The position numbers were made by a program, and so were the translations under genes. The notes under the pieces were generated by a model that saw nothing but the letters and a program-made list of their open reading frames with translations, was not told the origin of the DNA and did not search any database. A stretch of DNA of 63,874 bases, counting the filler, from Lenisia limosa (taxonomy: Eukaryota > Protista > Breviatea): the NCBI GenBank assembly GCA_001655205.1. It is 7 parts of 7 records of this genome, joined end to end, with 100 filler letters (N's around TTAATTAATTAA, not from the genome) between each part and the next. Parts side by side here need not be neighbours in the genome. Positions count along the whole stretch, not along the records: positions 62,364 to 63,874 come from LPNZ01002995.1; 6 more parts are not named here. One strand, written 5' to 3'. Below, in pieces: positions 63,791 to 63,874 of the stretch (positions are counted from its first letter, which is position 1; every line of letters begins with the position of its first letter).

Positions 63791-63874
63791 TGGTGGGGGT
63801 ACGGCAGATGTATAATGACCGGGATATATGATTTCCAAAGGAAAACAGGCCAAGTCTTATTCTGGTCACTGTAT

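Noticed and set aside
1-63874. tRNA, rRNA or autonomous transposase genes
   Set aside because: None recognisable by eye. tRNAscan-SE, Infernal and a transposase HMM search would be needed to exclude them formally.

Overview
Hard-masked draft of an intron-rich unicellular-type eukaryotic genome with short, dense GT-AG introns; the taxon cannot be fixed from sequence alone. Six identical artificial 100-bp linkers (44 N + TTAATTAATTAA + 44 N, at about 21.3, 29.4, 55.7, 58.4, 60.0 and 62.3 kb) join separate contigs, so adjacency across them is not biological. Other N runs look like masked low-complexity sequence. Genes reconstructed by hand from exons: AGC kinase (3' part), GLE1, AcnA/IRP1-type aconitase, a giant novel repeat protein, a Ser/Pro-rich orphan, CUL4 (5' half), FANCM/Mph1 helicase (5' half), a C-GCAxxG-C-C redox-type protein, a small ankyrin protein, a nucleoside phosphorylase, SPT2, an MBL-fold hydrolase, CCDC124, PMS2, a membrane-anchored EEP-family enzyme and several unassigned fragments. 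Introns carry at least four dispersed repeat/MITE families and a G-run-after-donor / C-run-before-acceptor pattern. The standout is the minus-strand gene at 13.2-21.3 kb. It encodes roughly 30 copies of an unrecognised ~45-aa repeat, many ending in LPPPP, and appears to splice to a C-terminal WH2-central-acidic (WCA/VCA) module. That makes it a candidate new class of Arp2/3 nucleation-promoting factor. Exon boundaries were read by eye and need RNA-seq confirmation.
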